A DNA stretch of 64,000 bases from Mobula hypostoma (GCF_963921235.1 NC_086097.1:7006001-7070000); one strand, 5' to 3'. Positions 1-13,587 are shown, counted from the stretch's first letter. Numbers and translations are program-made. Notes: generated by a model not told the origin, from the sequence alone.

Positions 1-645
1 CCCTTTATCCTCAAACTGTGACCCCTTGTTCTGGACTTCCCCAACATCGGGAACAATCTTCCTGCATCTAGCCTGTCCAATCCCTTTAGGATTTTATAGG
101 TTTCAATCAGATCCCCCCTCAATGTTCTAAATTCCAACGAGTACAAGCCCAGTTCATCCAGTCTTTCTTCATATGAAAGTCCTGCCATCCCAGGAATCAA
201 TCTGGTGAACCTTCTTTGCACTCCCTCTATGGCAAGGATGTCTTTCCTCAGATTAGGGGACCAAAACTGCACACAGTACTCCAGGTGTGGTCTCACCAAC
301 GCCTTGTACAACTGCAGCAGTACCTCCCTGCTCCTGTACTCGAATCCTCTCACTATAAATGCCAGCATACCATTCGCCTTTTTCACCGCCTGCTGTACCT
401 GCATGCCCACTTTCAATGACTGGTGTATAATGACACCTAGGTCTCATTGCACCTCCCCTTTTCCTAATCGGCCACCATTCAGATAATCTGTTTTCGTATT
501 TTTGCCACCAAAGTGGTTAACTTCACATTTATCCACATTAAATTGCATCTGCCATGAATTTGCCCACTCACCCAACCTATCCAAGTCACTCTGCATCCTC
601 TTAGCATCCTCCTCACAGCTAACACTGCCACCCAGCTTCGTGTCA
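1..645 (-). mobile_element. CR1 LINE, 3' fragment (RT C-terminal region), runs off window start
   Basis: The minus strand carries typical CR1 ORF2 C-terminal coding (LVRPHLEYCVQFW-type motif, reverse complement of 'ccaaaactgcacacagtactccaggtgtggtctcacc'). The frame is broken. Confidence 0.85.
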
Positions 646-1186
646 TCCCTCAGCCAATGGACTCAATTTCAAGGACTCGTCATCTGACGTTCTCAGTAAT
701 TATTTACTTATTTACTATTCTTTTCTTCAGGTTTTTTTTAAATTTGCACAGTTTGTTGTCCTTTGCAAATTGGTTGCTTCTCAATCTTTATTATTATTAT
801 TATTATTACTATTTATTATTTGTGGTGCAACTGTAACGAAAACCAATTTCCCCCGGGTTCAATAAAATATGACTATGACTATGTATGGTTTTTCCATTGA
901 TTCTATTGTGTTTCTTTGTATTTACTGTGAATGCTTGCAAGAAAATCAATCTCAGGATAGCATATGATGACATGCATGTATTTCGATAATAAATTTACTT
1001 TGAACTTTCAACTTAGAAAATCTATCCAACAGCCAAAAACAATAAAATCAATTGTTCAGTCATTAGTCTGATTGATAGTTGTGGGATTTCATTGACTCAA
1101 GTCATTGGCTGAGATTTCTATATTACTGGCAGCACACTGGAATGCCCTCCACTTGCTCTATTGGCTCTCAAGAGTGGAGTGCCAGG

Positions 1187-1446
1187 AGCGTACTGTTTAG
1201 CACGGCATATTAAAGCTTGGGGTGTTGGAGTTCAGAATTCAAATCCGGCACCCTCTGCAAACGGGTGTGTACGTTCCTTCCCATGTGCACATGGGTTTCC
1301 CCTGGGTGCTCCCGTTTTTCCCCACAGATCAAAGCCATGTCGATTAGTCGGTTAATAGATCATTGTAAACTGTCCTGTGATTAGGCTGGGGTTAAATCGG
1401 TAGATTGCTGAGCAGTTGGCTCAAAGGGCCAGAATGCTGTATCTCT
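1187..1446 (+). mobile_element. V-SINE (HE1-like), representative of about 20 copies in the window
   Basis: V-domain 'gggtttcccctgggtgctcccgtttttccccacagatcaaag' follows a degenerate tRNA-like head. Similar copies lie near 3.9, 12.1, 16.9, 17.3, 20.9, 21.5, 26.2, 28.2, 28.5, 32.5, 32.7, 37.3, 39.4, 47.4, 48.0, 52.1 and 55.6 kb. Confidence 0.75.
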
Positions 1447-1454
1447 GAGTGAAT

Positions 1455-1511
1455 GAATGAGGGAGAGGGAGAGAGGGGGAGAGAGAGAGGGGGAGGGGGT
1501 GAGAGAGAGAG

Positions 1512-1556
<45 letters not shown>
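1455..1556. repeat. (GA)n / purine-rich microsatellite
   Basis: Directly visible GA run with G-rich interruptions. Confidence 0.95.
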
Positions 1557-1559
<3 letters not shown>

Positions 1560-2519
1560 TGACTCTATCCAAAACAAAGAGCCTTGTTTAATTAAAATCC
1601 AATCCACACCCTAAACATTCATTCATGAAGTCATGCTGAGTTGGCAAATCTGGGTACAAAATTAGTTTGCTCATAGAAGATGAGAATAGAGGTGAAGGAA
1701 TGTTTCTCTGACTTGAGGTTTGTGGCCAGTGGTATTCCACAAGGTTCAGCAATGGCACTTCTGTTGTTTATGGTGTTTTTATAAATGGTATGGATTAAAT
1801 GTGGATTAGTAAATTTGCAGGTGAGATGAAAATTGATTGGGTTAGAGTCATAGAATCATAGAGCACTACAGCACAGAAACAGGCCCTTCAGTCCATCTAG
1901 TCCATGCTAAACCATTAATCTGCTTACTCCTATTGACCTGCAGTGGGGCCATAGCTCTCCATATCCCTCCCATGCATGCATCTATCCAAGTTTCTCTTAA
2001 ACATTGAAATTTAAATCGCATCTACCGCTTCCACTGGCAACTCATTCCACACTCTCACCACCTCTGAGTGAAGAAGTTCCCCCTTATGTTCCCCTTTTCT
2101 ATGTCTTACGATCTTAAACACTTCACCTTTCACCCTTAACCAATGACCTCTAGCTGTAGTCTCACCCAATCTCAGTGGAAAAAGCCTGCTTGCTTTTACC
2201 TTATCTGTACCTCACATAGTTTTTTATATCTCTATCAAATCTCCAGTCAGTCTTCTACGTTCTAGGTAATAAAGTCCTAACCTATTCAATCTTTCCCTAT
2301 AACTCAGGTCCTCAAGTCCCAGCAACATCCTTGTAAAGGATTTTGTTAAGTATTAAGTGGAGGACTAGTGGGATGTTGCTGCTACACGCACAAGTCCATG
2401 AGGTGCTCGTGGTCCAAGATTTGTGGAGGTACTCTGGGGGAAAGATTAACATTGTGATCGGTAAATCGTTACCTAACCTACCCTGTTTATTGTCCAGAAG
2501 TCAGGGCCCAGGCCTAGCT

Positions 2520-3660
2520 TGAAGTAAATTTATTATCATTACATATATGTCGCCACATACAACACTGAGATTCATTTCTTGCACGGAATCACAGTAAATA
2601 CAAGAAGCACAGTAGTATCAATGAAAGACCACACCAATCAGGACGGACAATCAATCAATGCGCAAAAAAATCAATAAACTGGAGAAATACAAAAAAGAAA
2701 GATACATAATAATAATAGTAAATAATTAAGCAATAAATATTGCCAACATGAGATGTAGAGTCATTGAAAGTGAGTCCATAGGTTGTGGGAACAGTTTAGT
2801 GATGAGGTGAATGAAGCTGTGTGTGGTTATCTCCATTGGTTGAAATGCTTGGTGGTTGAGAGTAATAACTGTTTCTGAACCTGGTGGTGTAAGTCCTGAG
2901 GCTCCAGTACCTTCTTCCTGATGGCAGCAGCAAGAAGAGGTAATGGCCTGGATGGGCAGGGGGGTGTCCTTGATGATGGATACTGCTTTCCTATGACAGT
3001 GCTCCATGTACATAGATATACTCAATGGTGGGGAAGGCTTTATCCATGATGGACATGGCCATATCCACTACTTTTATAGGCTTTTTCATACAAGGGCATT
3101 GGTGTTTCACAGAGCAGTACATCACACAAACCAATCTTCCGTCCTTGGACTCACTTTACACCGCACGCTGTCGGAGCAGTGCTGCCAGGATAATCAAGGA
3201 CACGACCCATCCAGCCAACACACTTTTCGTCCCTCTTCCCTCCAGGAGAAGGCTCAGGAGCCAGATTTCTATTCTCAGCTCGTACGGTCAGATTTGGGAG
3301 CAGCTTCTTTCCAACTGTGATAAGACTGCTGAACGGATCCTGACCCAGATCTGGGCTGTACCCTCCAAATATCCATACCTGCCTCTCGGTTTTTTTGCAC
3401 TACCTTACTTTCCATTTTTCTATTTTCTATTTATGATTTATAATTTAAATTTTTAATATTTACTATCAATTTGTAATCCAGGGAGCAGGAAGCACAGAAT
3501 CAAATATCGCTGCGATGATTGTACATTCTAGTATCAATTGTTTGGTGACAATACAGTATAAAGTATAAAGTATACCAGGCTGTGATGAAACCAGTAAATA
3601 TTCTGTCCATCACACATCTATAGAAGTTTGTCAGAGTTTTAGATGACATGATAAACCTTT
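2520..3660 (-). mobile_element. Rex1/Babar-like LINE 3' fragment, with a second LINE 3' end nested on + at ~3113-3572
   Basis: The minus strand encodes a degenerate 'LPSGRRYWSLRTYTTRFRNSY' motif and 'SSKTLTNFYRC'. The nested piece ends in an (AAAGTAT)n tail. The same family recurs at ~4.6-5.3, 14.2-14.8, 15.5-16.4, 26.5, 41.3, 48.4, 54.6-55.3 and 63.2 kb. Confidence 0.7.
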
Positions 3661-6600
3661 GGCTGACTCTCAAAGCCAATGCCTTCAGGTAGCATCTATC
3701 CATCACCTTGTGATCAGCCAGCTGTCAGTTCAGATGAAAGAGGCTGGGATCAAGATCCACTTCTCATCTTCAGTTCATAGTCAGGCCCTATTGTTGCTTC
3801 AGTATCAAACCCTTCTCAAAGTAACCATCACTCTCTTTCAACTTCAATATACTATACCAACATACAATGAAGAAGGAAGCAGCAACTCTACTTCAGAAAG
3901 GAGAAAAAGCATGCAATAGGCCCTTTCGCCCCTTTGAACTGCCCCACACAGCAACCTCAAATTCAACCCTAGCCTAATCATGGGACAATTTACAATCACC
4001 AATTAACCTACTAACCGGTATGCCTTTGGACTGTGAGAGGAAACCAGAGCACCCAGAGGAAACCCAAGCCAAGAACCAGTTTTTAAAATATATTTATAAA
4101 GAACTATCCTGGGCCAGCATAATGCAACCCAAGTTCAAGAGCTGAAGTATTTTAGAAGCAAACTGAACTAAACCAGTTTCATATAGTTGGTTCTGATTAT
4201 ACTTGGCACAGTTAACCAAGCTCTATGCCAGACATCAGCCTGAAATGCAAAATCACCACAGTTCCTTCATCATTACTGGTTCAAAATCTGGATACTCCCT
4301 GTTCATGAGCACAGTGAGAGAACTGTCGCCAGCAGAATTCAATGATTTATTGGTAATTGGGAATAGACAACAGAGACCACAACTGAAAATGAAGAATAAA
4401 AAAAAAATTACGGTGCTGACGACACTGCAAAAGTACTTGCTTGTTAACACCTTTGGATTCTACAGGTAGTGAAAAACCCCATATAAATGTCAGCATATTT
4501 ATTCAGCTGTCTGAAGTATGTTTGGTTCTCAAGCTGAGTGTTATGGCTTGGCATTAACTGATGGCAGAATGCCCAAAAATAACCTGAGCACTGTTGCAAA
4601 GCATCGAAGTAATATTTGTTCAAAGTACATATATGTCACCATATACTACCCTGAGATTCATTTTTTACAGGCATTCACAGTAAATACAATGAAACACAAT
4701 AGAATCAATGAGAAGCTGCACACAACAGAGATGGTCGAACATCCAATGAGCAAAGAACAACAAACTGTGGAAATGCAAAAAGAGAAAAAAAAGTAATTAA
4801 TAATAAAAAATTTAAAAAAAACAATTAATATTGAGAATATGAGTTCCAGAGTCCTTAAAAGTGAGTAGGTGTGGAATCAGTTTGGTGTTGTGGTGAGTGT
4901 ACCTATCTCTCTCAGTTAAGGAGCCTGGTGGTTGAGGGGTAATAACTAATCCTGAACCTGGTGGTGTGGGACCTAAGGCTCCTATACCTCCTTCCTGATG
5001 ACAGCAGTGAGAAGAAGGCATGGCCTTGATGTTGGAGGTCCTTGATGATTAATGTTGCTTTCTTGTGACAGCTTTACCCATGATAGACTGGGCTGTATTC
5101 ATTACTTTTTGGTGTTTCCATACCAGGCCATGAAGAAACCAGTCACTATACTCTCCTCCACCTATCTGCAGAAGTTTTGGATGACAAATCTGTGCAAACT
5201 TCTCAGAAATTAGAGGAGCTGCAATGCCTTCCTTGTAATGGCAATTACTTGTAGGACCCAGGATAGATCCTCTCAAAAGATAATGCCAAAGAATTTAAAG
5301 TTACTGACATCTCCACCTCTGATCCCCTGATGAGGACTGACTCATGGAGTTCCAAGTGCAAAGTTCCAAGAAATGAAAGGATTTAATTGACTACATACAG
5401 ACAAAACATTTCCTCTGGTCATATTCACCCGAAGCAGACTGGAAAATGAGCAACTTGTCCAAACAGCCCGATATGTTGGTTTAAGAGGGGGAACAATGAG
5501 CTTTACTTCCTTTATGATCTCAGAATATCTGGATCAGTGTTGTGTAAATGAGAGGAGGTGCAGTTCTGATTGAGTAGAAGAAGTCTGTAGAGCTGATTGT
5601 TCCCATTTTCCTATGCAGTTACAGTATTGTTTGGTGAGGTTATACACTGGGTTGCATTTCATCCAACATCATTATACAGATTATACAACAGTCTGCAAGT
5701 GTGCAGGAGGAGTATCCAAACAAGCTGCATCACTGATTGGTATCAAAACTGCACTGAAGGACGAGAAGGCTCCACAACAAATCACCAGTGCCAGTCTGCT
5801 TACCATCAAGGATGTACATACAGAAAGGTGCCAGAAAAGGGACAGAAACATCAAGGAGGACTGTTTGTCCCCCTCCCATCAGTGAGGAGCATCCACCCCA
5901 AGACCACCAAACTCAGAAACACTTACTTTCCCCAAGCAGTAAGACCGAGCAACACCTCCACCCACTAACTCCACCACTACTTCATTATTTCCTGTCAGTC
6001 ACCTTATGTACAGCCTCACGTCACTTTCTGAACATACAATCAATCTATGTGTATAAATTATCTTTTGTATTTATATTGTCTTTTTTATATCAGAAAAAGA
6101 ATCAGAATCATGTTTAATATCACTGGCATGTGTCATGAAATTATTTGTCTTTGCAGTGGCAGTACAATGCGATTCACAATAATAGGAAAAAAAATCCATG
6201 AAGTACAGTAAGTAGATAGTTAAATAAGTAGTGCAAAAATATATACGCTCTAAGTACATATTTATATTTATTGTGTTTTTTAGTATTATGTTCTTTATCA
6301 TTTGTGGGTTTCTTTTTGTGCTGGAGTAGACTGAAAAACGGTTACTTTCCCCAAACAGTAAAGCTGATCAAAACCTCCACCCACGAACCCACCACGACTA
6401 TCACTTCCTGTCAGTCACTTTATATATAGACACTCCTCTGCCTATTGTTACTTTATGGATATACAGTCCATCTATGTATAGTACCTATAAAAAATATTCC
6501 CCCTCCCCCGCCAGAAGTGTTCATGTTTTATTGTTTTACAACATTGAATCACAATGGATTTAATTTGGCTTTTTTGACACTGATCACCAGAAAAAGACTC

Positions 6601-6869
6601 CTTCATGTCAAAGTGAAAACAGATCTCTGCAAAGTGATCTAAATTATAAATATAAAACACAAAATACTCGATTGCATAAGTATTCGCCCCCTTTAATATG
6701 ACACACCAAATCATCACTGGTGCAGCCAATTGGTTTTAGAAGCTACATAATTAGTTAAACTGAGATCACCATGTTGCATTCAAGGTGTTTCAGTTGAATG
6801 GCGTAAAAATACATCTTTATCTGGAAGGTCCAACTGCTGGTGAATCAGTGTCCTGGCAAAATCTACACC

Positions 6870-8533
6870 ATGAAGACAAAAGAACACTCCAAGCAACTCC
6901 ACCAAAAGTTATTAAAAAGCACAAGTCAGAAGATGGATACAAGAATATTTCCAAACCACTGAATATTCCTTGGAGTACAGTCAAGTCGATCATCAAAAAA
7001 TGGAAAGAATATGGCACAGCTGTAAGTCTGCCTAGAGCAACCATTCTCAAAAAAAGAGTGACTGTGCAAGAAGAGGACTAGTGAGGGAAGCCACCCAAAA
7101 CATCTGACAACTCTGGAGGAAATACAAGCTTGAGTGGCTGAGATGACAGAGACTGCACATACAACAACTATTACCTGGGTGCTTTATCAGTTGAAGCTTT
7201 ATGGGAGAGTGGCAAAGAGAAAGCCACTGTTGAAAAAAAAACTCTCATAAAATCTCTGCTGGAGTTTACCAGAAGGCACATGGGAGACTCTAGTCAGCTA
7301 GAGAAGATTCTATGGTCTGATGAAACCAAAATTGAGTTTCTGGCCATTAGGCTAAATGCTATGTCCAGCGTAAGCCAAACACTGCACATCATCAAAAACA
7401 AACCATCGTGACTGTGAAGCATGGTGTGGGGATGCTTCACTGCAACAGGCGTGTGAAGGCTTGCGAAGGTAGAAGGTAAAATGACTGCAGCAAAATACAG
7501 GGAAATCCTGGAGGAAAACCTGATGCAGTCTGCAAGAGAACTGCAACTTGGGAGAAGATCTGTTTTCCAGCAAGACAATGACCCCAAGCATAAAGCCAAA
7601 ACTACACAGTAATGGCTTACAAGAAAAGGTTAATGTCCTGGAATACCCAAATCAGAGTCCAGACGACAATCCAATTGAGAACTTGTGGCTGGACTTGAAA
7701 AGGGCTTTTCATTCAAGATCCCCGTGCAATCTGCCAGAGCTTGAGCAGTTTTGCAAGGAAGAATAGGGAAAAATTTGCAGTGTTCAGATATGGAAAGCTG
7801 ATAGAGGCCCATCCTGTTACAACCATGGATTCAGCAGTGCAGCAGATGCGGCAATTGCGCTTGTGAATTTGCTTGTGTCAGCTAATTATTATTTAATCGT
7901 GTTAGTATTTAACTCCATACTTGTCATCGTAGTGCTTGTCGAGACTTGGACAGAGCACAGCAACGCTTTGCTGCCTTCCCTGAGAAATTGGACTTACGAG
8001 TCAACTGATTCTGAAGACTAGCGGTATCCGTTTAATGTTTAGATTTTCTTTTCAGCCGCAGTGTAGGCTTAGTTTCCCATTTGAGAGTTTGTTAATGGCC
8101 CTGTGTGGCCTAGCGTTTATTGTTTATTTTGCCTTTAACACTGTTCACATTAAAGTTTGTGAACTATCAACCTGCTTCAGCGTCTCTCACTCTGCACTTG
8201 GGCCATATCCGAACCTGGTAACAGCAAGTCTCGACCACACAAAGATGGACCCAGCAGAGAGAGTGCAGCTGACCTTGGCCGTGAGATTCATTGGCCAGGT
8301 AGGAGACAAGCAAACAGGCAGCTCTGTCTCTGTGCTCTGTCCGAGCCTCGACAAACACTACGATGACAAGTACGGAGTTAAATACTATCACGATTAAATA
8401 ATAATTAGCTGACACATACAAATTCACAAGCACAATTGCTGTATCTACTGCGATGCAGAGCCCATGGTTGTGATATATCCCTACAGACTCAAGGCTGTAA
8501 TTGCTGCCAAAGGTGCATCTACTAAGCACTGAC
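6870..8533 (+). pseudogene. Tc1 DD34E transposase pseudogene (frameshifts, stops, interrupted at 7815-8475)
   Basis: Starts MKTKEHSKQL, then GYKNISKPLNIPWSTVKSIIKKWKEYG (HTH). Catalytic motifs WSDETKIE, FQQDNDPKH and PNQSPDDNPIENLW follow. The C-terminus RLKAVIAAKGASTK resumes after the insert. Confidence 0.92.
7815..8475 (+). mobile_element. LTR-retrotransposon-derived insert: one complete LTR, gag start, and an inverted partial LTR
   Basis: TGTTAC...GTAACA unit at 7815-8223 with ATTAAA near 8149. ATG at 8245 gives MDPAE. Segment 8330-8475 is the reverse complement of 7815-7960. Flanks are catcc/tatcc (5 bp). Confidence 0.7.
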
Positions 8534-9468
8534 TTGAAGGGGGTGAGTAATTATGCAATCAATTATCTTGTGCTTAATAATTGTAATCAATTTAGACCAA
8601 TTTATAGAAATTTGTTTGCACTTGGAGACAAAAGAGTCTTTTTCTGTTGATCCGTGTCAAAAAAGCCAAATTAAATCCACTGTGATTCAATATTGTAAAA
8701 CAATGAAACATAGAAAATTTGAAAGGGGAGTGAATACTTTTTATAGGCACTGTATATAAGCTCTCTTACGTATTTATATTTATTGTTTTCTTTATTATTA
8801 TGTTCTTTAACATTTGTGGGGGTTTTTTTGGTGCTGCGTCATATCTTGAGAAACAATTATTTTGTTCTCCTTTACATTTGTGTACTGGAAATGAGATTAA
8901 ACAATCTTGAATCTTGTAGTTATGAACAATCTGATTATGAGCTGGCCAGTGTCACTCTTTGGTGTGACTAAGATAGTATGACTTATTCTGGTTTGCATTT
9001 GACAGCCATCTCACAAAAGTTTCCATAGAGTTTGGATTCAAATAAAATAACTGTACTTTTTGAGCCAACATTCCACGGAAAATTAGCACAGCAGAAGAAC
9101 AACTCTAGTTGGCTTTAAAAAAAATCCTCATTGTTATTTTATTTTTTAGTCTAGCCAAAGGTCCACATTAACAGATGTAAGCAGTTACTTCATATGTTAA
9201 ATATTGTGTATGGCTCATCACCAAAAGATGAAAATTGCTTTGGATTTGTTTTACAACTTGCCCAGACATTGCAAAGAGTAGGTTACAGGAAATCCCATTG
9301 GCATTTTATCCCATCAACTTGTTCACATCAGTTGTAACTCAAGTGTTAGAATTTCAAAGCTGGCACAAATAATACTTGAGACCTTATTTATACTCTGAGA
9401 TCCAAGCAAACAACCCTACGACATCACCAAAGAGGGACAGGGAAATCCCAACTCCAATTCAACGAATA

Positions 9469-10155
9469 GAGTGGATCCCAGTTAACTGGGACACATCAGG
9501 CCCATTTCATTTTGGCCCAATTAGCTGAAGTTTTATGGAAATAATTAAAAAGCTATAAAAAAGACAAATTATCGTTCAACTGAGTAGCAAATTATGTATG
9601 TAAATGAAATATAGAACAAATTAGAATATTACCATAACTCCTACAATGCTATATAAATGTGTATTCCTTCATTATATGATCAACAGAGGAATTCATCCAG
9701 TGTACACTACCGCATTCTTTTAATTGACTGTAAATGAACAAAATCAGTGCACAGACCTAGGGCATTTTTTTTTTTGCTGGTGTCAAAATCTCTTTATGGC
9801 ATCTTGGCAAGGGTCTGAACTGTTATAAAGTCAAAATAAAAAACAAATTTATCTTGGGATCACCGCTTTTTGAATCGGCGTCCGTCAGGCCAAATAGATA
9901 ATATAACACAAGCACAAACAACTGACACTATTAAAAAACTGTTTGCTCTAAGCACAGTGTAGTGTCTAACGGCCAGGCAATTATACATGACTGACACTAG
10001 TCAGAAACTGCTCGGCAACAGTCTCCTGTCTCAATTAAGAGGCATAGTGTCCCAAATAATTAAAAGAATCCTGCTAGTTTCTCAATTAGCTTTTGTTCTT
10101 TAAGACTTCTCCCAAATAAGAAGCTGCCCTGGTTAACTAATAGCCCAAATAACTG
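9469..10155 (+). mobile_element. Non-autonomous Tc1/mariner-pogo-type element (MITE), copy 1
   Basis: Termini resemble 'cagtggattccagttaattggg...cccaattaactg' after TA. The interior is colinear with 49925-50697. Confidence 0.6.
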
Positions 10156-10329
10156 TATAAGAATTTTCTTGACATTGATTTCCATAGAATCTTTATTTTT
10201 GTGATCTGTTGCTATGCCAAATCACTCAGTGGCAGTCACATTTTAAAATGATTTCTCTGGCTGCAAAGCATCCTATAATATAAATGCAAACTGCGTGCTT
10301 AAAAAGAAATGAAAATTTGCATAAAGCCT

Positions 10330-11107
10330 CATTCTCAGGATGAGGCTTTTCATTCCAGGATGAGGGAGATGTCCTTTTTTAAAGAAAGGGGCTTCCCTTC
10401 CTCCACCATCAGCTCTGCTCTCAAACGCATCTCCCCCATTTCACCCACATCTGCTCTCACTCCATCCTCCCGCCACCCCACTAGGAATAGGGTTCCCCTG
10501 GTCCTCACCTACCACCCCACCAGCCTCCGGGTCCAACATATTATTCTCCGTAACTTCCGCCACCTCCAACGGGAGCCCACCACTAGGCACATCTTTCCCT
10601 CCCTCCCCCCCGTCTTTCCGCAGGGATCGCTCCCTACGTGACTTCCTTGTCCATCCGTCCCCCCCATCCCTCCCCACTGATCTCCCTCCTGGCACTTATC
10701 CTTGTAAGCGGAACAAGTGCTACACATGACCTTACACTTCCTCCCTTACCACCATTCAGGGCCCCAGACAGTCCTTCCAGGTGAGGCGACACTTCACCTG
10801 TGAGTTGGTTGGGGTGATACACTGCGTCCGGTGCTCCCGATGTGGCCTTCTATATATTGGCAAGACCCAACGCAGACTGGGAGACCACTTTGCTGAACAC
10901 CTACGCACTGTCCGCCAGAGAAAGCAGGATCTCCCAGTGGCCACAGATTTTAATTCCACATCCCGTTCCCATTCTGATATGTCTATCCACGGCCTCCTCT
11001 TCTGTAGAGATGAAGCCACACTCAGGTTGGAGGAACAACACCTTATATTCCATCTGGGTAGCCTCCAACCCGATGGCGTGAACATGGACTTCTCTAACTT
11101 CCACTAA
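10330..11107 (+). pseudogene. PLE ORF C-terminus: RT thumb plus GIY-YIG endonuclease (frameshifted)
   Basis: 'SQDEAFHSRMREMSFFKERGFPSSTI...RVPLVLTYHP', then 'FTCELVGVIHCVRCSRCGLLYIGKTQRRLGDHFAEH...RLEEQHLIFHLGSLQPDGVN'. These are the YIG, R, H, E and terminal N motifs of PLE GIY-YIG nucleases. Confidence 0.9.
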
Positions 11108-11400
11108 TGCCCCACCTCCCCCTCGTACCCCATCTGTTATTTATTTTTATACACACATTCTTTCTCTCACTCTCCTTTTTCTCCCTCTGTCCCTCTGACT
11201 ATACCCCTTGCCCATCCTCTTGATTCCCCTCCCCCCCGTCTTTCTCCCTGGGCCTCCTGTCCCATGATCCTCTCATATCCCTTTTGCCAATCACCTGTCC
11301 AGCTCTTGGCTCCATCCCTCCCCCTCCTGTCTTCTCCTATCATTTTGGATATCCCCCTTCCCCCTCCCACTTTCAAATCTCTTACTAACTTCCTTCAGTT

Positions 11401-11436
11401 AGTCCTGCTGAAGGGTCTTGGCCTGAAACGTCGACT
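11401..11436 (+). ncRNA. Minimal type-I hammerhead ribozyme motif, core mutated (CTGCTGA)
   Basis: agtc-CTGCTGA-agggtcttggcct-GAAA-cGTC-gact. The conserved A6 is changed to C, so it is probably inactive. Confidence 0.6.
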
Positions 11437-11596
11437 GTACCTCTTCCTAGAGATGCTGCCTGGCCTGCTGCGTTCTCCAGCAACTTTGATGTGTGTTGCT
11501 TGAATTTCCAGCATCTGCAGAATTCCTGTTGTTTGCATTTGCATAATGGAGCAGATTTCAAGACATCCCAAGCACCTTAAAACTAATGGAGTACAG

Positions 11597-11839
11597 TGTT
11601 GTGTTTTGAAACTTCAAAACATTAAACTAATTCAAAAGAAGACATGAGAGTCTGAAATATGGGTCTAACTTTATGTTTACTTTAAGCAAGGAGTGCACGT
11701 ATCACATGGTGGTGTGATGATGTATGTAATTCACATAATTTATACATATCTCATCATTAGTTCAATGAATAAGAATGCTTAATCAATTAATTTTACTCAA
11801 CAATTACTCAAATATGACTTATATATTAAATACACAACA
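11597..11839 (-). mobile_element. Putative short solo LTR
   Basis: TGTTGTG...CACAACA termini, and reverse-complement similarity to 31174-31396. The TSD is not clean. Confidence 0.45.
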
Positions 11840-13507
11840 TAGATAGCTGTTGCTATATAGGAAACTCTACCTAGAACAAGGACCTACTCAGATCACCAAA
11901 GTGAAGACAAAGAGGATAATTTCTGGCCAGGATATCAATGATGTCACCCAGCTCTCCACAAAATCATACCTTAGAATAATGTGTATCCGCCAGAGATGGG
12001 AGATTATCAGGATGGCATTCTCAATGGAAGTATCTTTTTCATTTAATTATGTTATTTTTATTTAGATAGGGAAAAAAGTGCAGAACAGGCCCTTCTGGCC
12101 CAACGAGCTGCACCACACGACACAGAAATGCACCTATTTAACCCCAGTCTAATCACAGGACAGTTTACAATGACCAATTAAACTACTAAATTGTTCATCC
12201 TTGGACTGTGAAAGAAACCAGAGCTGCCAGAGGAAACCCATGCGTTCATGGGGAGGACGTACAAACTCCTTACAAATGGCATTGGAATTGAATTCAAACT
12301 CCAGCACCTCGAGCCGTAATAGAGTTGTGTTAACTGCTATGCCACCATGACACCATTCATGTACCTTCATGGTAATACTATCATCATTTATACAATCATC
12401 ACTGTTCCTTCTTTCTGCAGTTGCATGGTTTGTTGTCATCTGCAGTCTGGTTGAAAGCCCCATTTGGGCAGTCTTTTACTGATTCTGTAATGGTCATTAT
12501 TCTATAGACTTGTTGAGTATGCCCACAAGGAAATATATTTCAGGGCTGTATATAGTGACATATATGTACTGTGATAATAAAATGTACTTTGAACTGAATA
12601 TATACTGACCTCCTTGGATATTTTCCTTCCAACTTTTGACAATTATATAAAATTACCTATCTATAATGTGAAATCAATGTTTACGGTGATGAATCTAGGT
12701 TTATGTGTAACCTGTGAGTGAAAATGTAAGCCTGTGATTCTAAAAGTGGGTTTATTTTCCCTGAGAATTTGAGCCAAATTGCACATTTCCACAGAAAACA
12801 GCTTTAGTGCAAACATCAGCATGTTCTGTACTTGCATGCCTGCAGAATTTAGCTTGGAAGTTCTGAACGCACTGTTCGTCTGATCTCCCGTCACAGGCCT
12901 GGACCTGGGACTGAGGCCAGGGATGATCCCATAAGGTTTCAAACTGAGGGGAAACTATACATCACGACTAGCTTCTCAGCTCTTTACCCTTCAGTTGTTC
13001 TGCTGAGTGGATTTGTTGATCTCAAAGCTTCATTAAAAATTTATCTTAATTTTTAAAAATCTGTTAATTCATGTGTGCTGAATGCATTTTAATGAATTTC
13101 CAACATTTTAATCATTTTTGAAAAGATTCACTTATTTAAATGTTTTCAATGCTTTCTAGATAACTCCATCATGGACTGTCCCAGTGCCATCTGTTAAAGG
13201 AGGATTGGGCTCAGGGCGAGCAACTCCATCCCGTTAAAAACCCAGAGCTACAGAAATGCCAGCAGAAGCTCCAAAGGCATCATCCCTGGGAGAGGAAAGA
13301 TCTGTGAAGATGGGTTACATCTGGGGACAACTTAAAGACAAACCTAGGACAGAGAACACTGGCGAGCTGCTGTCGGGCTTATGCCCCAGTAGGGCTGATG
13401 GACCTAACTAAGAAAGTAAGTAATGTTTTCTAGATATCTCTGACCATACAGTCTGTAGGTGTATCATATCATTTGGTCCAGTTACCGCTCTGCCTTAGAT
13501 TCTAGAG

Positions 13508-13587
13508 CAGTGATTCCCAGACTGGGCTTCACAAACTCCTTGGTTAATGGTAGGGGTCCATGGCATAAAAAAAGTTGGGAGCCCCTG
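13508..13587. mobile_element. 80-bp hAT (Charlie-type) MITE
   Basis: TIR 'cagtgattccca' / 'tgggagcccctg'. Perfect 8-bp TSD ttctagag at 13500-07 and 13588-95, matching the NTCTAGAN Charlie target. Confidence 0.85.

Larger units (their letters stand above)
6479..8752 (+). mobile_element. Tc1-like DNA transposon (long IR/DR-type TIRs), full-length fossil with a nested insertion
   Basis: TA at 6477-78 and 8753-54. Inverted termini of ~215 bp run 'tagtacctataaaaaatattc...' and '...gaatactttttataggcactg'. Transposase remnants lie inside. Confidence 0.92.
10325..11536 (+). mobile_element. Penelope-like element (PLE), 5'-truncated, with 10-bp TSD
   Basis: RT-thumb and GIY-YIG remnants are followed by a pyrimidine-rich 3' region and a terminus with a hammerhead-like motif. 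'atttgcataa' is duplicated at 10315-10324 and 11537-11546. Confidence 0.9.

Noticed and set aside
10781..11107. Functional stand-alone GIY-YIG nuclease gene
   Set aside because: It has a GTG start and upstream frameshifts, and lies within a 5'-truncated PLE bounded by a TSD.
12661..12945. Minus-strand exon (LKPYGIIPGLSPRSRP...)
   Set aside because: The acceptor is plausible, but there is no convincing donor and no recognisable homology.
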